The position numbers and the translations under genes were made by a program. The notes below the pieces were generated by a model that was not told the DNA's origin, searched no databases, and worked only from the letters and a program-made list of their open reading frames with translations. A stretch of 64,000 bases of DNA. Source: Minisyncoccia bacterium (GTDB lineage: Bacteria; Patescibacteriota; Minisyncoccia; Phycocordibacterales; UBA918). This document shows positions 35,495 through 44,963 of the stretch, in pieces. How positions within the stretch are numbered: position 1 is the first letter of the stretch; each line of letters begins with the position of its first letter. Location of the stretch: contig JBGSSW010000004.1 of NCBI GenBank assembly GCA_041736805.1, positions 51,843-115,842 of the forward strand. The letters are read 5' to 3'.

Positions 35495-38400
35495 TTAATC
35501 GTGTAACTTTCCTGGCCATCGATCATATATAATTGGTACCAAAACAAGCGTAATAATTACTGAAAATGTTAAGCCGAAAATTACAGCGGTAGCAAGTGGT
35601 ACCCAAATCGGGTCTGAGTAAAGCAAGGGCACCATACCAACAATTGTAGTTAAGGAAGTCAATATAATAGGTCTTAACCTACTAACTGCAGCGTCAATTA
35701 CAATTGTATCAATTGCTTTATTTGGAAACTTTAGTCTCATTTCGTTCATTCTATCGATCAATAGAATGGAATTGTTAACAATAATACCAGTTAAGGCTAT
35801 GAAGCCCATAATAGAAGGGAAGGAAAGAGCACTACCAGTAATGGCAAGTCCAAATAAAATTCCAATTAAAGAGAAAGGAACGATAGATAGAACGTAGGCT
35901 GTGTACCTAAATGAGTTAAACTCCAGTACCAAGACAGCTATCATTAGAACTAGTCCGATTATCAAAGCTAGGAATAGCTCTATAAAGGCTTGATTTGAAT
36001 CTTCTGCTTCTCCTCCAAAGGCATAACTTACGTCAGTCGGAAACTGTGAACTCGATTCAATTTTTTTAGAAAGTTCATTATTGATTTCAATTACATTGCC
36101 ACTTGCAGTAATATCAGCCGAAACTGTAACGACTCTTGATTGATTTTCATGATTAATTGCACTACTAGATTCACGTAGTGAAGTAACAATTAAAGAAGAC
36201 AAAATAATACTGTCCCCTTGATTATTTTTAATCGATATATTATTTAACGAGTCTATGGTAGTACGATTGGTTTGGGCTGCATCTATTTGGTCATTGCCAG
36301 TTAAGTTTAGTCTAACCACTACAGGGATGTCTTCATTTACAGTAGTTAAATTTGTTGCTTCTGTCCCATAAACAGCAGCTCTGAGAGTCTGAGAAACAAC
36401 CAGAGGGTTTAGTCCTGCAGCTGCCGTTTTAGCCTTATCTAAAGTCAAAACGTATTCAATATTATTACTTGTATTGCTAGTTTGAATATTGGTCACACCA
36501 ACTATTTCGTCCAATAAATCAGCTACCAAATTTGCTGCTTTATCAAGCTCAATTAAATCATTTCCCATTAATTTGACTCCAATTGGACTGCCGGTAGGAG
36601 GACCATTGTTTGGTTCAGAAACTGTAATTAAAGCTCCTTTAATTACAGGTATTTCGTTGCGTAGTTTTGTTATAAATTCAGTACTAGTTATTGTTCTATC
36701 ATCCTTTAAGTTAATTGTTATATTAGCGAGTTTTTCATTTTTTCCGCCACCTAAGAAAGCGCTACCTGAACCAACAGTAACGGCGTGAGCTTCAATAATG
36801 TCTTTGTTCTTATAAAGTACTTCTTCTACTTGTCTCACAACCAAATCAGTACTTTCTTTAATACTACCTTCAGGTAGTTTAATTTCAATATAAATCTGTG
36901 GAGTATCAGTTTGTTCAAAGAAAACAACTTTAACTAATCCAGCTGGAATCAAAGCTAAAGAAATAAAAAATAAAGAAATAATAACTGTCAGAAATATTTT
37001 TTTTCCCTTCTTACTTGTTATTAGTTTTTCAATATTTTTTCTATACCAACCCTGAATTTTAATATTTATTTTTTCTCCGGCACTTAGATCACTTTCTGCC
37101 AAAATGACCTTCGCTCCTTTAAGAAAACTAGATGATATAAGTGGAATAAATCCAATGGCGACAAGAAGCGAAGCAAAGAGCACAAAGATTAGGGTAAAGG
37201 GAATACCGGAAATAAACTGTCCAGTGACACCAGAAACAATAAATAGGCCTACAAACATTGCTACCGTAGTTAAAGTACCAGAGGTAATCGGACTAGCAAA
37301 ATCAACAACTGCTTTTCTTGTTACTTCTTTCTTACTCCAATCTGGGTGATCAGAAATATTTTTGTTTATTCCTTCCACCATTACAATACCTGCGTCAACT
37401 AAAACACCAATACCAAGAATTAGCGCAAATAAACTGATAAAGTTTATGGTATTACCTGAAAGATAGAGTCCAATAAAGCCAATTGTGAACGAAAGGGGTA
37501 TTGATAGTCCAGCCAGCAAACCCTCACGCCAGCCAATCATTAGTACCAAAACAAGCATGACCATCACGACAGTTTGAAGACCAGACGATGTTAAATTTTT
37601 TAAGTCATGAGCAATGTCTGCTCCAGCATCTTGTATCGTGTAAATAGTTAAATTATGTAGGAGCTGGCCTTCTGCTTGAAGTTCAACCAACTTTTCTTGA
37701 ACGGATTTTGTAATTTTTGTAATATCTCCACCGCTTTGCTTGTAAATGTCAAAACTTGCTCCAGTAAACGAAGGCTTACCGTCGATACTTAGTCTAGTAA
37801 TTGAATTTGAAGGACTCAAACCATCATCAACTATCGCAATATCTCTAACATAAACTGGCTGCCCCCCTCGGGTTGCAATTGGAATGTTAGCAACTTCTGA
37901 ACGGTCCTCGATGTCACCAAAAAAAGAAACATTATATGAAATATCTCCGGTCACTATTTGCCCGATTGGAAAGGTACTGTTAGCTGAACGTAAACCATTT
38001 ATTACATCTGAAACAGTTAAATCATATCGTGAGAGAGCTGTTGGGCTAGTGATTAAAGTTATTTCTCGTGTTCTAACGCCTTGAACCTCTACTTTTGAAA
38101 CGCCTGTCAAAGATTCCAATTCGCTCTCTAGTTTATCTGACATTTGAGTGAACTCTGCATCTGAAAGACTTCCAGACACTGAAATTGTTGTTATCGGCTG
38201 ATTGACGAAATCAATCTGTGTCACTCTAGGGTCTTCTGCATTGTCAGGTAAGTCTGAAATAACGGTATCAACTGCGTCTTTTAAATCTTGGATTGAGGCA
38301 TCTAAGTCAGCGCTAGCTTCAAACTCTACGGTTATTAATGAAACGCTTTCATTAGAAACTGAAGTTATTGATTTAACTTGTGTTAAGGAACTTGCTAGTG

Positions 38401-38602
38401 TTCTTTCTATTTCATTAGTAACTAAATTTTCAACATCGCTGGCTGGAGCTCCAGGTAGAATGGTAGTAACAATACCAACAGGAATTACAACCTCAGGAGC
38501 AGATTCCTTTGGAATTGAAATGGCCGAGTAAACTCCAAACAAGATTAGTGATGCAATTAGCAGGTAAGTAAACCTACTGTTTTTTAAGAAAAATTCCCAC
38601 AT
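35495..38602 (-). CDS. RND-family efflux transporter permease (AcrB/HAE-like, 12 TM)
   Basis: 1035 aa. Two large periplasmic loops and two 6-TM bundles. Conserved RND segments (e.g. GIVMVEGINKNIS..., ILTSLTTIVGMVPL). Confidence 0.85.
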   Translation of the reverse strand: MWEFFLKNSRFTYLLIASLILFGVYSAISIPKESAPEVVIPVGIVTTILPGAPASDVENLVTNEIERTLASSLTQVKSITSVSNESVSLITVEFEASADLDASIQDLKDAVDTVISDLPDNAEDPRVTQIDFVNQPITTISVSGSLSDAEFTQMSDKLESELESLTGVSKVEVQGVRTREITLITSPTALSRYDLTVSDVINGLRSANSTFPIGQIVTGDISYNVSFFGDIEDRSEVANIPIATRGGQPVYVRDIAIVDDGLSPSNSITRLSIDGKPSFTGASFDIYKQSGGDITKITKSVQEKLVELQAEGQLLHNLTIYTIQDAGADIAHDLKNLTSSGLQTVVMVMLVLVLMIGWREGLLAGLSIPLSFTIGFIGLYLSGNTINFISLFALILGIGVLVDAGIVMVEGINKNISDHPDWSKKEVTRKAVVDFASPITSGTLTTVAMFVGLFIVSGVTGQFISGIPFTLIFVLFASLLVAIGFIPLISSSFLKGAKVILAESDLSAGEKINIKIQGWYRKNIEKLITSKKGKKIFLTVIISLFFISLALIPAGLVKVVFFEQTDTPQIYIEIKLPEGSIKESTDLVVRQVEEVLYKNKDIIEAHAVTVGSGSAFLGGGKNEKLANITINLKDDRTITSTEFITKLRNEIPVIKGALITVSEPNNGPPTGSPIGVKLMGNDLIELDKAANLVADLLDEIVGVTNIQTSNTSNNIEYVLTLDKAKTAAAGLNPLVVSQTLRAAVYGTEATNLTTVNEDIPVVVRLNLTGNDQIDAAQTNRTTIDSLNNISIKNNQGDSIILSSLIVTSLRESSSAINHENQSRVVTVSADITASGNVIEINNELSKKIESSSQFPTDVSYAFGGEAEDSNQAFIELFLALIIGLVLMIAVLVLEFNSFRYTAYVLSIVPFSLIGILFGLAITGSALSFPSIMGFIALTGIIVNNSILLIDRMNEMRLKFPNKAIDTIVIDAAVSRLRPIILTSLTTIVGMVPLLYSDPIWVPLATAVIFGLTFSVIITLVLVPIIYDRWPGKLHD

Positions 38603-38609
38603 AAAATAT

Positions 38610-40154
38610 TTACTTGCTTACTTCCGTTACTTTTGTACCTTCGACAAGACCTCGTGCATCTACAACAATTTTTGTATTCAAATCAATTCCTGAACTAATT
38701 GTTACTCTTTCTCCTCTAATTGTACCCAGTTCCACGTCTTGTCTTTTTAATAGTTCAGACTCAACCAAAAATACATAACTAACCGGACCGTCGAACTTTA
38801 CTGAGGATAAAGGAATTTGAGTCTCAACCAACGTTTGAGTTTTAGCTTTAGGAACAAATAATCGAACCGTATCTCCATTTTGAAATCCAGACCCAACAAC
38901 CGCTACTCTGACTTCAATTTTTCCAGTCTGATTATCAACAACTGGAGAAACATTAGTTACCGTACCGGTACCATTACCTTCAAGTATTAAATTGTCGCCA
39001 ATTGTAATCAAATCCCTTTCGTTTACTCCAATGTAGGTAGTAATTTCAAGACCTTGATTGTTAGCAATTTGAGCCACTGGGGCAAAAGCCGATAGATAAT
39101 CTCCAGTTTTAATCGATAAAGTATTAACTTGACCAGCAATAGGTGTTCTAATAATTGTTTTTGCGTAGTTTGATTGAGCAGCTCGCAGTGAACCTAATGC
39201 TTGTTTTACTTGAGCGTCTGCCGTTGAATAGTTATTACTTGATCCTCCAGCAATATCTGCACGATTTTTAGCCTCCAAAGCCGCTGTAAGAGCTGAAGAA
39301 GCTCTGTCCAAAGAATCTATTGTGGTATTTAAGCTTGTCCGAGCGGCACCAAAAGTGGCTAAGTCAAGTTGAATCTCCGCGTCGGTGTAACCTAAGGTAG
39401 AATCCTCTTTTTGCAGAACGCTGATGAATGTATCCACTATGTCAATTAAATTTTGTGTAGCTGACTTTGCTTCTAGGTAAATTTCATTAAGATTATCTGT
39501 TGTCTTGGTACTTTCTGTTTTTTGCTGCCAAAGAGGCAAGGATTTCTGTAATTTTACTCTTTCTTCATTTAAATAAGTAGTATACCCTCGTCCATTGATT
39601 CGTAAGCCGGGCACATATGCAAATGGATTTCCAAAAAATTGGTCAATTGTCCCAATCACAATAGTATTATTTGTGTTATAAGCAGCTTTATAGGCAGATA
39701 AAGAAGCATTTTGCGCAGCTAAAAAAGAATTTTCAGCCTCAGTCACTCCAATCAAGCCTTGCTGTGAACCAGCCAAAGCTGCTTCATAAGCCCCTTCCGC
39801 TTGCAATAAAACGGCACTTTGTGCTGAATTCTCCAAGGTAGCAATCACTGTTCCAGCAGAAACGGTTTGTCCCAAAGAGACATTAACAGAGGTAACCCGT
39901 CCACCAACCTCAGATAGTAGGCCAGCTTGTGTTTTTGCTGCAACAACTCCAATCAATTCAACTGATTGGTTATTATTTAGTTGCGCTGGTGTAGCTGTTT
40001 CAACTAGATTTACAATTGCTTTAACTTCTAAATCAGCGGCGTCGTCATTTGAAGTTAATGTTGAAACTACAGCCACAAATAATAGGGTAATCAAGATATA
40101 CGTCCGAAAGGGTCGAACGTATCTTTGATATAAACTTAACAACATGCTTTTCAT
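38610..40154 (-). CDS. RND efflux periplasmic adaptor (membrane fusion protein, HlyD-like), unusually long coiled-coil
   Basis: N-terminal TM. Lipoyl/beta-barrel motifs (RTPIAGQVNTLSIKTGDYLSAFAPVAQIA; VTNVSPVVDNQTGKIEVRVAV). Stop is 8 bp from the permease start, so an operon. Confidence 0.7.
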   Translation of the reverse strand: MKSMLLSLYQRYVRPFRTYILITLLFVAVVSTLTSNDDAADLEVKAIVNLVETATPAQLNNNQSVELIGVVAAKTQAGLLSEVGGRVTSVNVSLGQTVSAGTVIATLENSAQSAVLLQAEGAYEAALAGSQQGLIGVTEAENSFLAAQNASLSAYKAAYNTNNTIVIGTIDQFFGNPFAYVPGLRINGRGYTTYLNEERVKLQKSLPLWQQKTESTKTTDNLNEIYLEAKSATQNLIDIVDTFISVLQKEDSTLGYTDAEIQLDLATFGAARTSLNTTIDSLDRASSALTAALEAKNRADIAGGSSNNYSTADAQVKQALGSLRAAQSNYAKTIIRTPIAGQVNTLSIKTGDYLSAFAPVAQIANNQGLEITTYIGVNERDLITIGDNLILEGNGTGTVTNVSPVVDNQTGKIEVRVAVVGSGFQNGDTVRLFVPKAKTQTLVETQIPLSSVKFDGPVSYVFLVESELLKRQDVELGTIRGERVTISSGIDLNTKIVVDARGLVEGTKVTEVSK

Positions 40155-40275
40155 ACTAATTGAATGACTTAATTTTGCGCAAAATAATAAGCTGGAATAA
40201 TAACACTAAATTTTCAATTTGTCTATATCTAAAAAATTATTGCTAACGATTTTTGCGTGATAGAATAACAATCTT

Positions 40276-40590
40276 ATGTTTGGAAAATTAAAACAATTTG
40301 CCCTAAAAAAAGTATTACAATCGCAGATGAAAGATGCTCCGCCTGAGCAACAAAAAATGCTCCTTGAAATGCTGGATAAAGACCCGGCTCTATTTGAGAA
40401 AATCGCCAAAGAAATGCAGGCTGAATTAAAAAAGAACGGTAACAACCAAATGTCAGCTGCCATGAAAGTGCTACCTAAGTACCAAAAGGAAATAATGTCG
40501 GCCATGAGTCCAGAAATGAAAGATCAAATGATAAAGATGCAAATGGGTTCTCAAGGTAAATTTAATCCTAACGGTTCAATTAGGCGCTAA
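40276..40590 (+). CDS. small Lys/Met-rich helical protein, hypothetical
   Basis: 104 aa, low complexity (MKDAPPEQQKMLLEMLDKDPALFEKIAKEMQAELKK...MSAMSPEMKDQMIKMQMGS). Followed by a hairpin. Confidence 0.35.
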   Translation: MFGKLKQFALKKVLQSQMKDAPPEQQKMLLEMLDKDPALFEKIAKEMQAELKKNGNNQMSAAMKVLPKYQKEIMSAMSPEMKDQMIKMQMGSQGKFNPNGSIRR

Positions 40591-40617
40591 GTAAATCAAG
40601 TAGTTTTGAAAGTAATC

Positions 40618-40648
40618 AACACACCGCAAGCTTTGCTTGCGGTGTGTT
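40618..40648 (+). terminator. hairpin after the 40276 gene (AACACACCGCAAGC-ttt-GCTTGCGGTGTGTT)
   Basis: Perfect 14-bp stem. No clear T-tract. Confidence 0.4.
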
Positions 40649-40666
40649 CAGTTATACTAGTCATAT

Positions 40667-41251
40667 ATGCAAAATCCTAAAAAAATTCTTATTATTTGCG
40701 GTCACCCAGACCATGAATCATTTAGTGGAAACGTGGCTGATCATTATCAAGTTGGGGCCGAAGACGCTGGTCATACTGTTGTAAGAGTGAACCTAGGCCA
40801 ACTAAACTTTGACCCAATTTTGCACAAAGGATACAAAGAGATTCAACAGCTTGAACCAGATTTAATTGATTTACAAAATAAATTTAAGGAAGCTGATCAC
40901 ATTGTAATTTTATATCCAAATTGGTGGTGTACTATGCCTGCCTTACTTAAAGGTCTTTTTGATAGATTTTGGCTGCCTGGATTTGCTTTCAACTTCAATA
41001 AGCAAACCAAAAAAATTGAAAAACACCTGTCTGGAAAAACTGGTCGAGTTATTATTCTTTCTGGTTCGCATACTCCATTTCAAACCTGGTGGAAGTTTGG
41101 TGACTATACAAACGAAATTCAATACGGGATTTTAGAATTTGCTGGTATTAGAACTCAAGTTAGCTCATACGGACCTTGTGAAAAAGTTAACGATGAAATA
41201 AGAGGGAAGTGGCTAAAAGAGGTAGAAAACCTAGGAAAAAAGGCCTTTTGA
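40667..41251 (+). CDS. flavodoxin-fold NAD(P)H dehydrogenase (quinone)-like oxidoreductase (Flavodoxin_2/MdaB/KefG-like)
   Basis: KKILIICGHPDHESFSGNVADHY..., DHIVILYPNWWCTMPALLKGLFDRFWLPGFAF. Confidence 0.75.
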   Translation: MQNPKKILIICGHPDHESFSGNVADHYQVGAEDAGHTVVRVNLGQLNFDPILHKGYKEIQQLEPDLIDLQNKFKEADHIVILYPNWWCTMPALLKGLFDRFWLPGFAFNFNKQTKKIEKHLSGKTGRVIILSGSHTPFQTWWKFGDYTNEIQYGILEFAGIRTQVSSYGPCEKVNDEIRGKWLKEVENLGKKAF

Positions 41252-41265
41252 AGCCCCAAAATACA

Positions 41266-41294
41266 TTGACTTTTTAGTCATTTCGTGCTATACT
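41266..41294 (+). promoter_or_regulatory. putative sigma-70 promoter TTGACT-17-TATACT driving the GC-rich lipoprotein gene pair
   Basis: -35 at 41266-41271, -10 at 41289-41294, ATG at 41330. Confidence 0.4.
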
Positions 41295-41329
41295 CTAAAT
41301 AGAAGGTTCTTCACATTGAGGAATCAAAA

Positions 41330-41722
41330 ATGGAGTACGGTATGTACACGAAGTATTTTTTCACCCTGGTTCTCGTTGCCCTTTTTGCTGGTTGTGCCAG
41401 CAACGAAAGCTACCATTCATCGCGTCGCAATGCGGTGCCGGTGGATGAACTCGGATCGCGCGGGGCCACCTTTGCCGGCCAAGCCCAGCAGTTCCATCAG
41501 AACAACATGGCCATGAGTGTGTGCCCCAACGGCACAATCACGAAAAAAGGCGGTGGCTCGATGAACGCCGGAGCTGGTGACCAGAGTGGCCGAGTGACCT
41601 ACAGTGTCACCTCAGCCAGTCAGTTCAAAGAAGAATGCGACTACGGTGAACAAAACCAGGCACCAAAAACGCCGGCTCGTAACGTTGGAGAAAACCCGAC
41701 CAAGAAGGAGAAGCGGCAATGA
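41330..41722 (+). CDS. small lipoprotein (lipobox LFAGC), GC-rich foreign-looking gene
   Basis: MEYGMYTKYFFTLVLVALFAGCASN... signal peptide plus lipobox. GC3-biased codons. Competing overlapping frames rejected. Confidence 0.5.
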   Translation: MEYGMYTKYFFTLVLVALFAGCASNESYHSSRRNAVPVDELGSRGATFAGQAQQFHQNNMAMSVCPNGTITKKGGGSMNAGAGDQSGRVTYSVTSASQFKEECDYGEQNQAPKTPARNVGENPTKKEKRQ

Positions 41723-41973
41723 GGCTTCTTTGCGCAGCTCTCGCCATTGCAATGTCGGGTTGCGCCAGTACCAACTATTACGTCGAAAGCGACATTCCAG
41801 GCCTAGCCGGAAAAATTGCTGAGGGAATGCAATCAATCCCTCAGCACTCCTGTCAGCCTGGAGAAAAAGTTTTGATGCTCTCAAGAGCAGATTCCAACTG
41901 CACGAAAGCTGGTTGTCGGGAGAAATTCCAGAAGAAAATTTCCTGCCAAAAAGCAACCCCAGAGCGCCGCTAA
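41719..41973 (+). CDS. small lipoprotein (lipobox MSGC), GC-rich, translationally coupled to the previous gene (ATGA overlap)
   Basis: MRLLCAALAIAMSGCASTNYYVES... Start overlaps the upstream stop. Confidence 0.5.
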   Translation: MRLLCAALAIAMSGCASTNYYVESDIPGLAGKIAEGMQSIPQHSCQPGEKVLMLSRADSNCTKAGCREKFQKKISCQKATPERR

Positions 41974-41996
41974 CATGTTAGCTGGCGCTCTTTTTT
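41961..41996 (+). terminator. strong rho-independent terminator (bidirectional; the minus-strand mltG also ends here)
   Basis: AGAGCGCCGCTAACA...TGTTAGCTGGCGCTCT, a ~14-bp stem with one bulge, followed by TTTTTT. Confidence 0.7.
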
Positions 41997-42014
41997 ATAT
42001 TCAATTTTATAAGA

Positions 42015-43031
42015 TTACTTACCTCGACCGTATATTTCCTTTAGTTTATTGACGTGCTCTTCGTAGGTAACACTACAATAAAATTGACCTTTAGGTCCAT
42101 GAAAATAGTACATGCAGTCTGTATTTTTTGGGTTTAAAGCAGCAACAATTGCTTCAGTTGAAGGATTTGAAATTGGGGCTGGTGGTAATCCGATGTTTGC
42201 GTAGGTATTGTATGGTGAATCAATAAACTTATCGGCTGGAATGACTTTTGGCCACCAATGTTTTTCCGAAGTCTTACTACCTTTGGCATACTGTAGGGTA
42301 GCGTCTAGTTGTAGTGGCATATCAATGAAAAGCCGATTCCAAATTACACCTGAAATATATCTCATGTCATTAAAGTCATAGGCTTCACGTTCAATTAATG
42401 AAGCAATCGTCAGACCATCTATTAAAGGTACTTGTTGTTCAACACTCTCATCATATTGCTTTAAAATTTCTTGATTAAAATTTTCATATAAGACATCAGC
42501 CACATTTTCTGGTGTAGCTTCAATACTGACAATATATCTTCCGGGGAAGAACTTACCTTCTGCTAGAGCAGGTTCCGCTTCAGTTATATATGAAGCAAAA
42601 AGATCTTGTTCAGCTTTGTTCCACTTTAAAATTTCGGCAAAATCAGCGATGATTTCTTCCTTCCTTTCACCAGAGTAAATTACTAAAATGCGACTGACTG
42701 GTGAAGCCAGATTTTGATAGAAATCCCATTTTGCAATTTGTGCAAGCAGTTTATCTTGGAAACGCTTTTTTCTGGAGTCAGCAACCTTTATGGAAAGGTA
42801 GGTTTCGACATATAAATCAACAGCTGGATTTTCTGTAATTAACTTAGTAGCAGTGTTTACACCAACCGGGAACTTATCCTGCCCTTGAACTTGAGTAAGT
42901 GTGTAGGTATTACTTTTAAAGTAGAAAGCATTAAACCAAACAAAAAACGCTAGTGATGCGAATAATATAAAAAGAAGAAGAGAAATTACTATCTTCCTGG
43001 TTAAGTTTACCGGCCTTTTAATAGACGTCAT
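42015..43031 (-). CDS. mltG: endolytic murein transglycosylase MltG (YceG-like)
   Basis: N-terminal TM. YceG signature ...LQYAKGSK...IDSPYNTYANIGLPPAPISNPSTEAIVAALNP...YYF. Confidence 0.8.
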   Translation of the reverse strand: MTSIKRPVNLTRKIVISLLLFILFASLAFFVWFNAFYFKSNTYTLTQVQGQDKFPVGVNTATKLITENPAVDLYVETYLSIKVADSRKKRFQDKLLAQIAKWDFYQNLASPVSRILVIYSGERKEEIIADFAEILKWNKAEQDLFASYITEAEPALAEGKFFPGRYIVSIEATPENVADVLYENFNQEILKQYDESVEQQVPLIDGLTIASLIEREAYDFNDMRYISGVIWNRLFIDMPLQLDATLQYAKGSKTSEKHWWPKVIPADKFIDSPYNTYANIGLPPAPISNPSTEAIVAALNPKNTDCMYYFHGPKGQFYCSVTYEEHVNKLKEIYGRGK

Positions 43032-43091
43032 ACAACAACCTCTATATTGTACACAATTAAACTAATCTTACTATTTAAATACATAGCGAAA

Positions 43092-43523
43092 TTATTCTTC
43101 GCTTAGACCATCAATTGCTTCAACTAATAGAAGTTTTTCTGTTAGTTGCTGGTGAATCATAATTCTGGTGTCAATTTCGCGTATTAAATCAATTTGCTCC
43201 TTTAATCTGCCTTCGGCTAAACTTGTCACCTCATTAATATAGGCCTTATCTGATTTAGTTTTTCTTTTTTTGTCAGTAATAGAACCTGAAAAATCACGAA
43301 GTTCAAGTAAAAAAACGCTAGTATTTGAAACGCTATCTACTAGGTCCTGTCTGATTTCTTCAGCCTGAACAACCCATTCATCCCAATAGCCACAGAACGG
43401 TCCATACTGTTTGTGAAAATCAACTTCTACAGAATTAATTGCTTTGGAGCAATAGATTATCCTTGCTCGCAATTTATCAAGGCAAGCTAGATTTTTATTT
43501 AATAAAGAAAAAAGATTATCCAT
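43092..43523 (-). CDS. hypothetical protein
   Basis: 143 aa, no recognised motif. Confidence 0.35.
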   Translation of the reverse strand: MDNLFSLLNKNLACLDKLRARIIYCSKAINSVEVDFHKQYGPFCGYWDEWVVQAEEIRQDLVDSVSNTSVFLLELRDFSGSITDKKRKTKSDKAYINEVTSLAEGRLKEQIDLIREIDTRIMIHQQLTEKLLLVEAIDGLSEE

Positions 43524-43664
43524 GTCTAACTATAATAACATTACGCCTAGGTCCAAATGTCACTGCTAGTTGCAACTGTGCATATGAAAAACATTGCTTT
43601 TTAAGCAATAATGTTATCTAATGTTACTGGCAATGTTTTTTTATACCTTACCAGGAGATAAGCA

Positions 43665-44258
43665 GTGACTTTAAAGTTGGTGTCAAAGCAAATACCGTCT
43701 GATCAAAATGTTTCGCAAACCTTGATTGAGTATTGGAGACTGGCCTCTGATAGAGTTACGGTTGATAAAATTGCTAAGCAGGCAGTTACTGCCAGTGCCG
43801 GTTTTGTTAACCACAGAGAAGCTTTAGGTGCCTTGAATGGTCTACTGCAAATCTTTGCTTTCCACGTCTCAAAAGTATCCAAAAAGGATGGTCCTGACGA
43901 AACACCGACGATATTGTTCGAAAGCCTTATCGACCGGATGTTTCAGTTTTTGGTTCGTGAAAGCCTTCCTTACCAGCAGCTTTGCAAGCACCTAGGCTTT
44001 CAAGTTGTTCGTATACCCATAGGATGTACGGAGACTAGTCGGCTTATTTTCGATTTAGGAGGTGTCGCCTACCAAGAACGTGAACTCTCGCTTGTTTTTG
44101 GCAAAGAGTTGGATCACGGCCTGCACGAATGGAATAGTCGTCACAATAAGTCAATTGCGATTTCTTCCTTTGCTCTTCCAATGTCAATTGATTACGACGA
44201 TTCTTTTGATATAGATTTGCTTGATTTAAACCTATACAGTACTTTGTGGTCAAAATAG
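43665..44258 (+). CDS. hypothetical protein (GTG start)
   Basis: AGGAG about 8 nt upstream of GTG 43665. 197 aa, no recognised motif. Confidence 0.4.
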   Translation: MTLKLVSKQIPSDQNVSQTLIEYWRLASDRVTVDKIAKQAVTASAGFVNHREALGALNGLLQIFAFHVSKVSKKDGPDETPTILFESLIDRMFQFLVRESLPYQQLCKHLGFQVVRIPIGCTETSRLIFDLGGVAYQERELSLVFGKELDHGLHEWNSRHNKSIAISSFALPMSIDYDDSFDIDLLDLNLYSTLWSK

Positions 44259-44302
44259 GAAACGGCCGGGAGGAAAGAGACGCTGTCAAAAAACAGCGTC
44301 TT

Positions 44303-44869
44303 TTAATTTTCTACTCGAACAAAAAACATAGTTTCGGAATTATCTGTCGAACTAAGTTTTAGCATGTTGTTAGTTAACAAATAATCAGAAACTTTTAAAA
44401 GTTGTGACGTATAGCTTTCCTCAAGTGAATTTTCACAATACATTTTAGTTGAAAGTAATTTATCAAAAGTTAGGGAGTTTCCTTCAACCATAAACTCTCC
44501 TCCAATAGTATTGCAATCTGTTTCACTTCCCATTGAGTCCGAAGCACCGAAGCGAAGTATAAAAGGTTTGTCTCTTGGTTCTAGTAGTATAGCGCCAGTC
44601 GTATCTTCAGTGCGTAACCAGCGCCAATTAGTACTAGAAAGGCTATTTGGAAGTTCTGCTGCAACGGTTTCCTCCATACTAACCAGTTCACCTTCCGCAG
44701 TCCTAAAATCGCTGGTAGTTGAAGAAACGCTATTATCGGAAGGAATAAAAACATTAGCTGAAGTATTAGATTCATCTTTTGGAGCCATGACATCACTAGT
44801 GTAAAGATAAGTAAAAACTATAATGACGACGAGAGCGACTACGTAGTAAGAAACTTGTTTCTTAGTCAT
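44303..44869 (-). CDS. membrane-anchored META/HslJ-like domain protein
   Basis: N-terminal TM. C-terminal LRFGASDSMGSETDCNTIGGEFMVEGNSLTFDKLLSTKMYCEN resembles the META (DUF306) pattern. Confidence 0.4.
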   Translation of the reverse strand: MTKKQVSYYVVALVVIIVFTYLYTSDVMAPKDESNTSANVFIPSDNSVSSTTSDFRTAEGELVSMEETVAAELPNSLSSTNWRWLRTEDTTGAILLEPRDKPFILRFGASDSMGSETDCNTIGGEFMVEGNSLTFDKLLSTKMYCENSLEESYTSQLLKVSDYLLTNNMLKLSSTDNSETMFFVRVEN

Positions 44870-44963
44870 ATTTATAAATTTAAAATTAGTACTTTAATTT
44901 TATCATAGTTTTAAAACTATATTTCTGGTAACAAAAATGACAGCTATAAAGCTGTCATTTTTG

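Noticed and set aside
41316-41956. Overlapping ORFs 41316..41516 +, 41604..41822 + and 41612..41956 - within the GC-rich lipoprotein module
   Set aside because: Same GC-rich artefact. The two retained frames have signal peptides with lipoboxes and translational coupling; the alternatives have no start context and would run antisense to or across the promoter and terminator.
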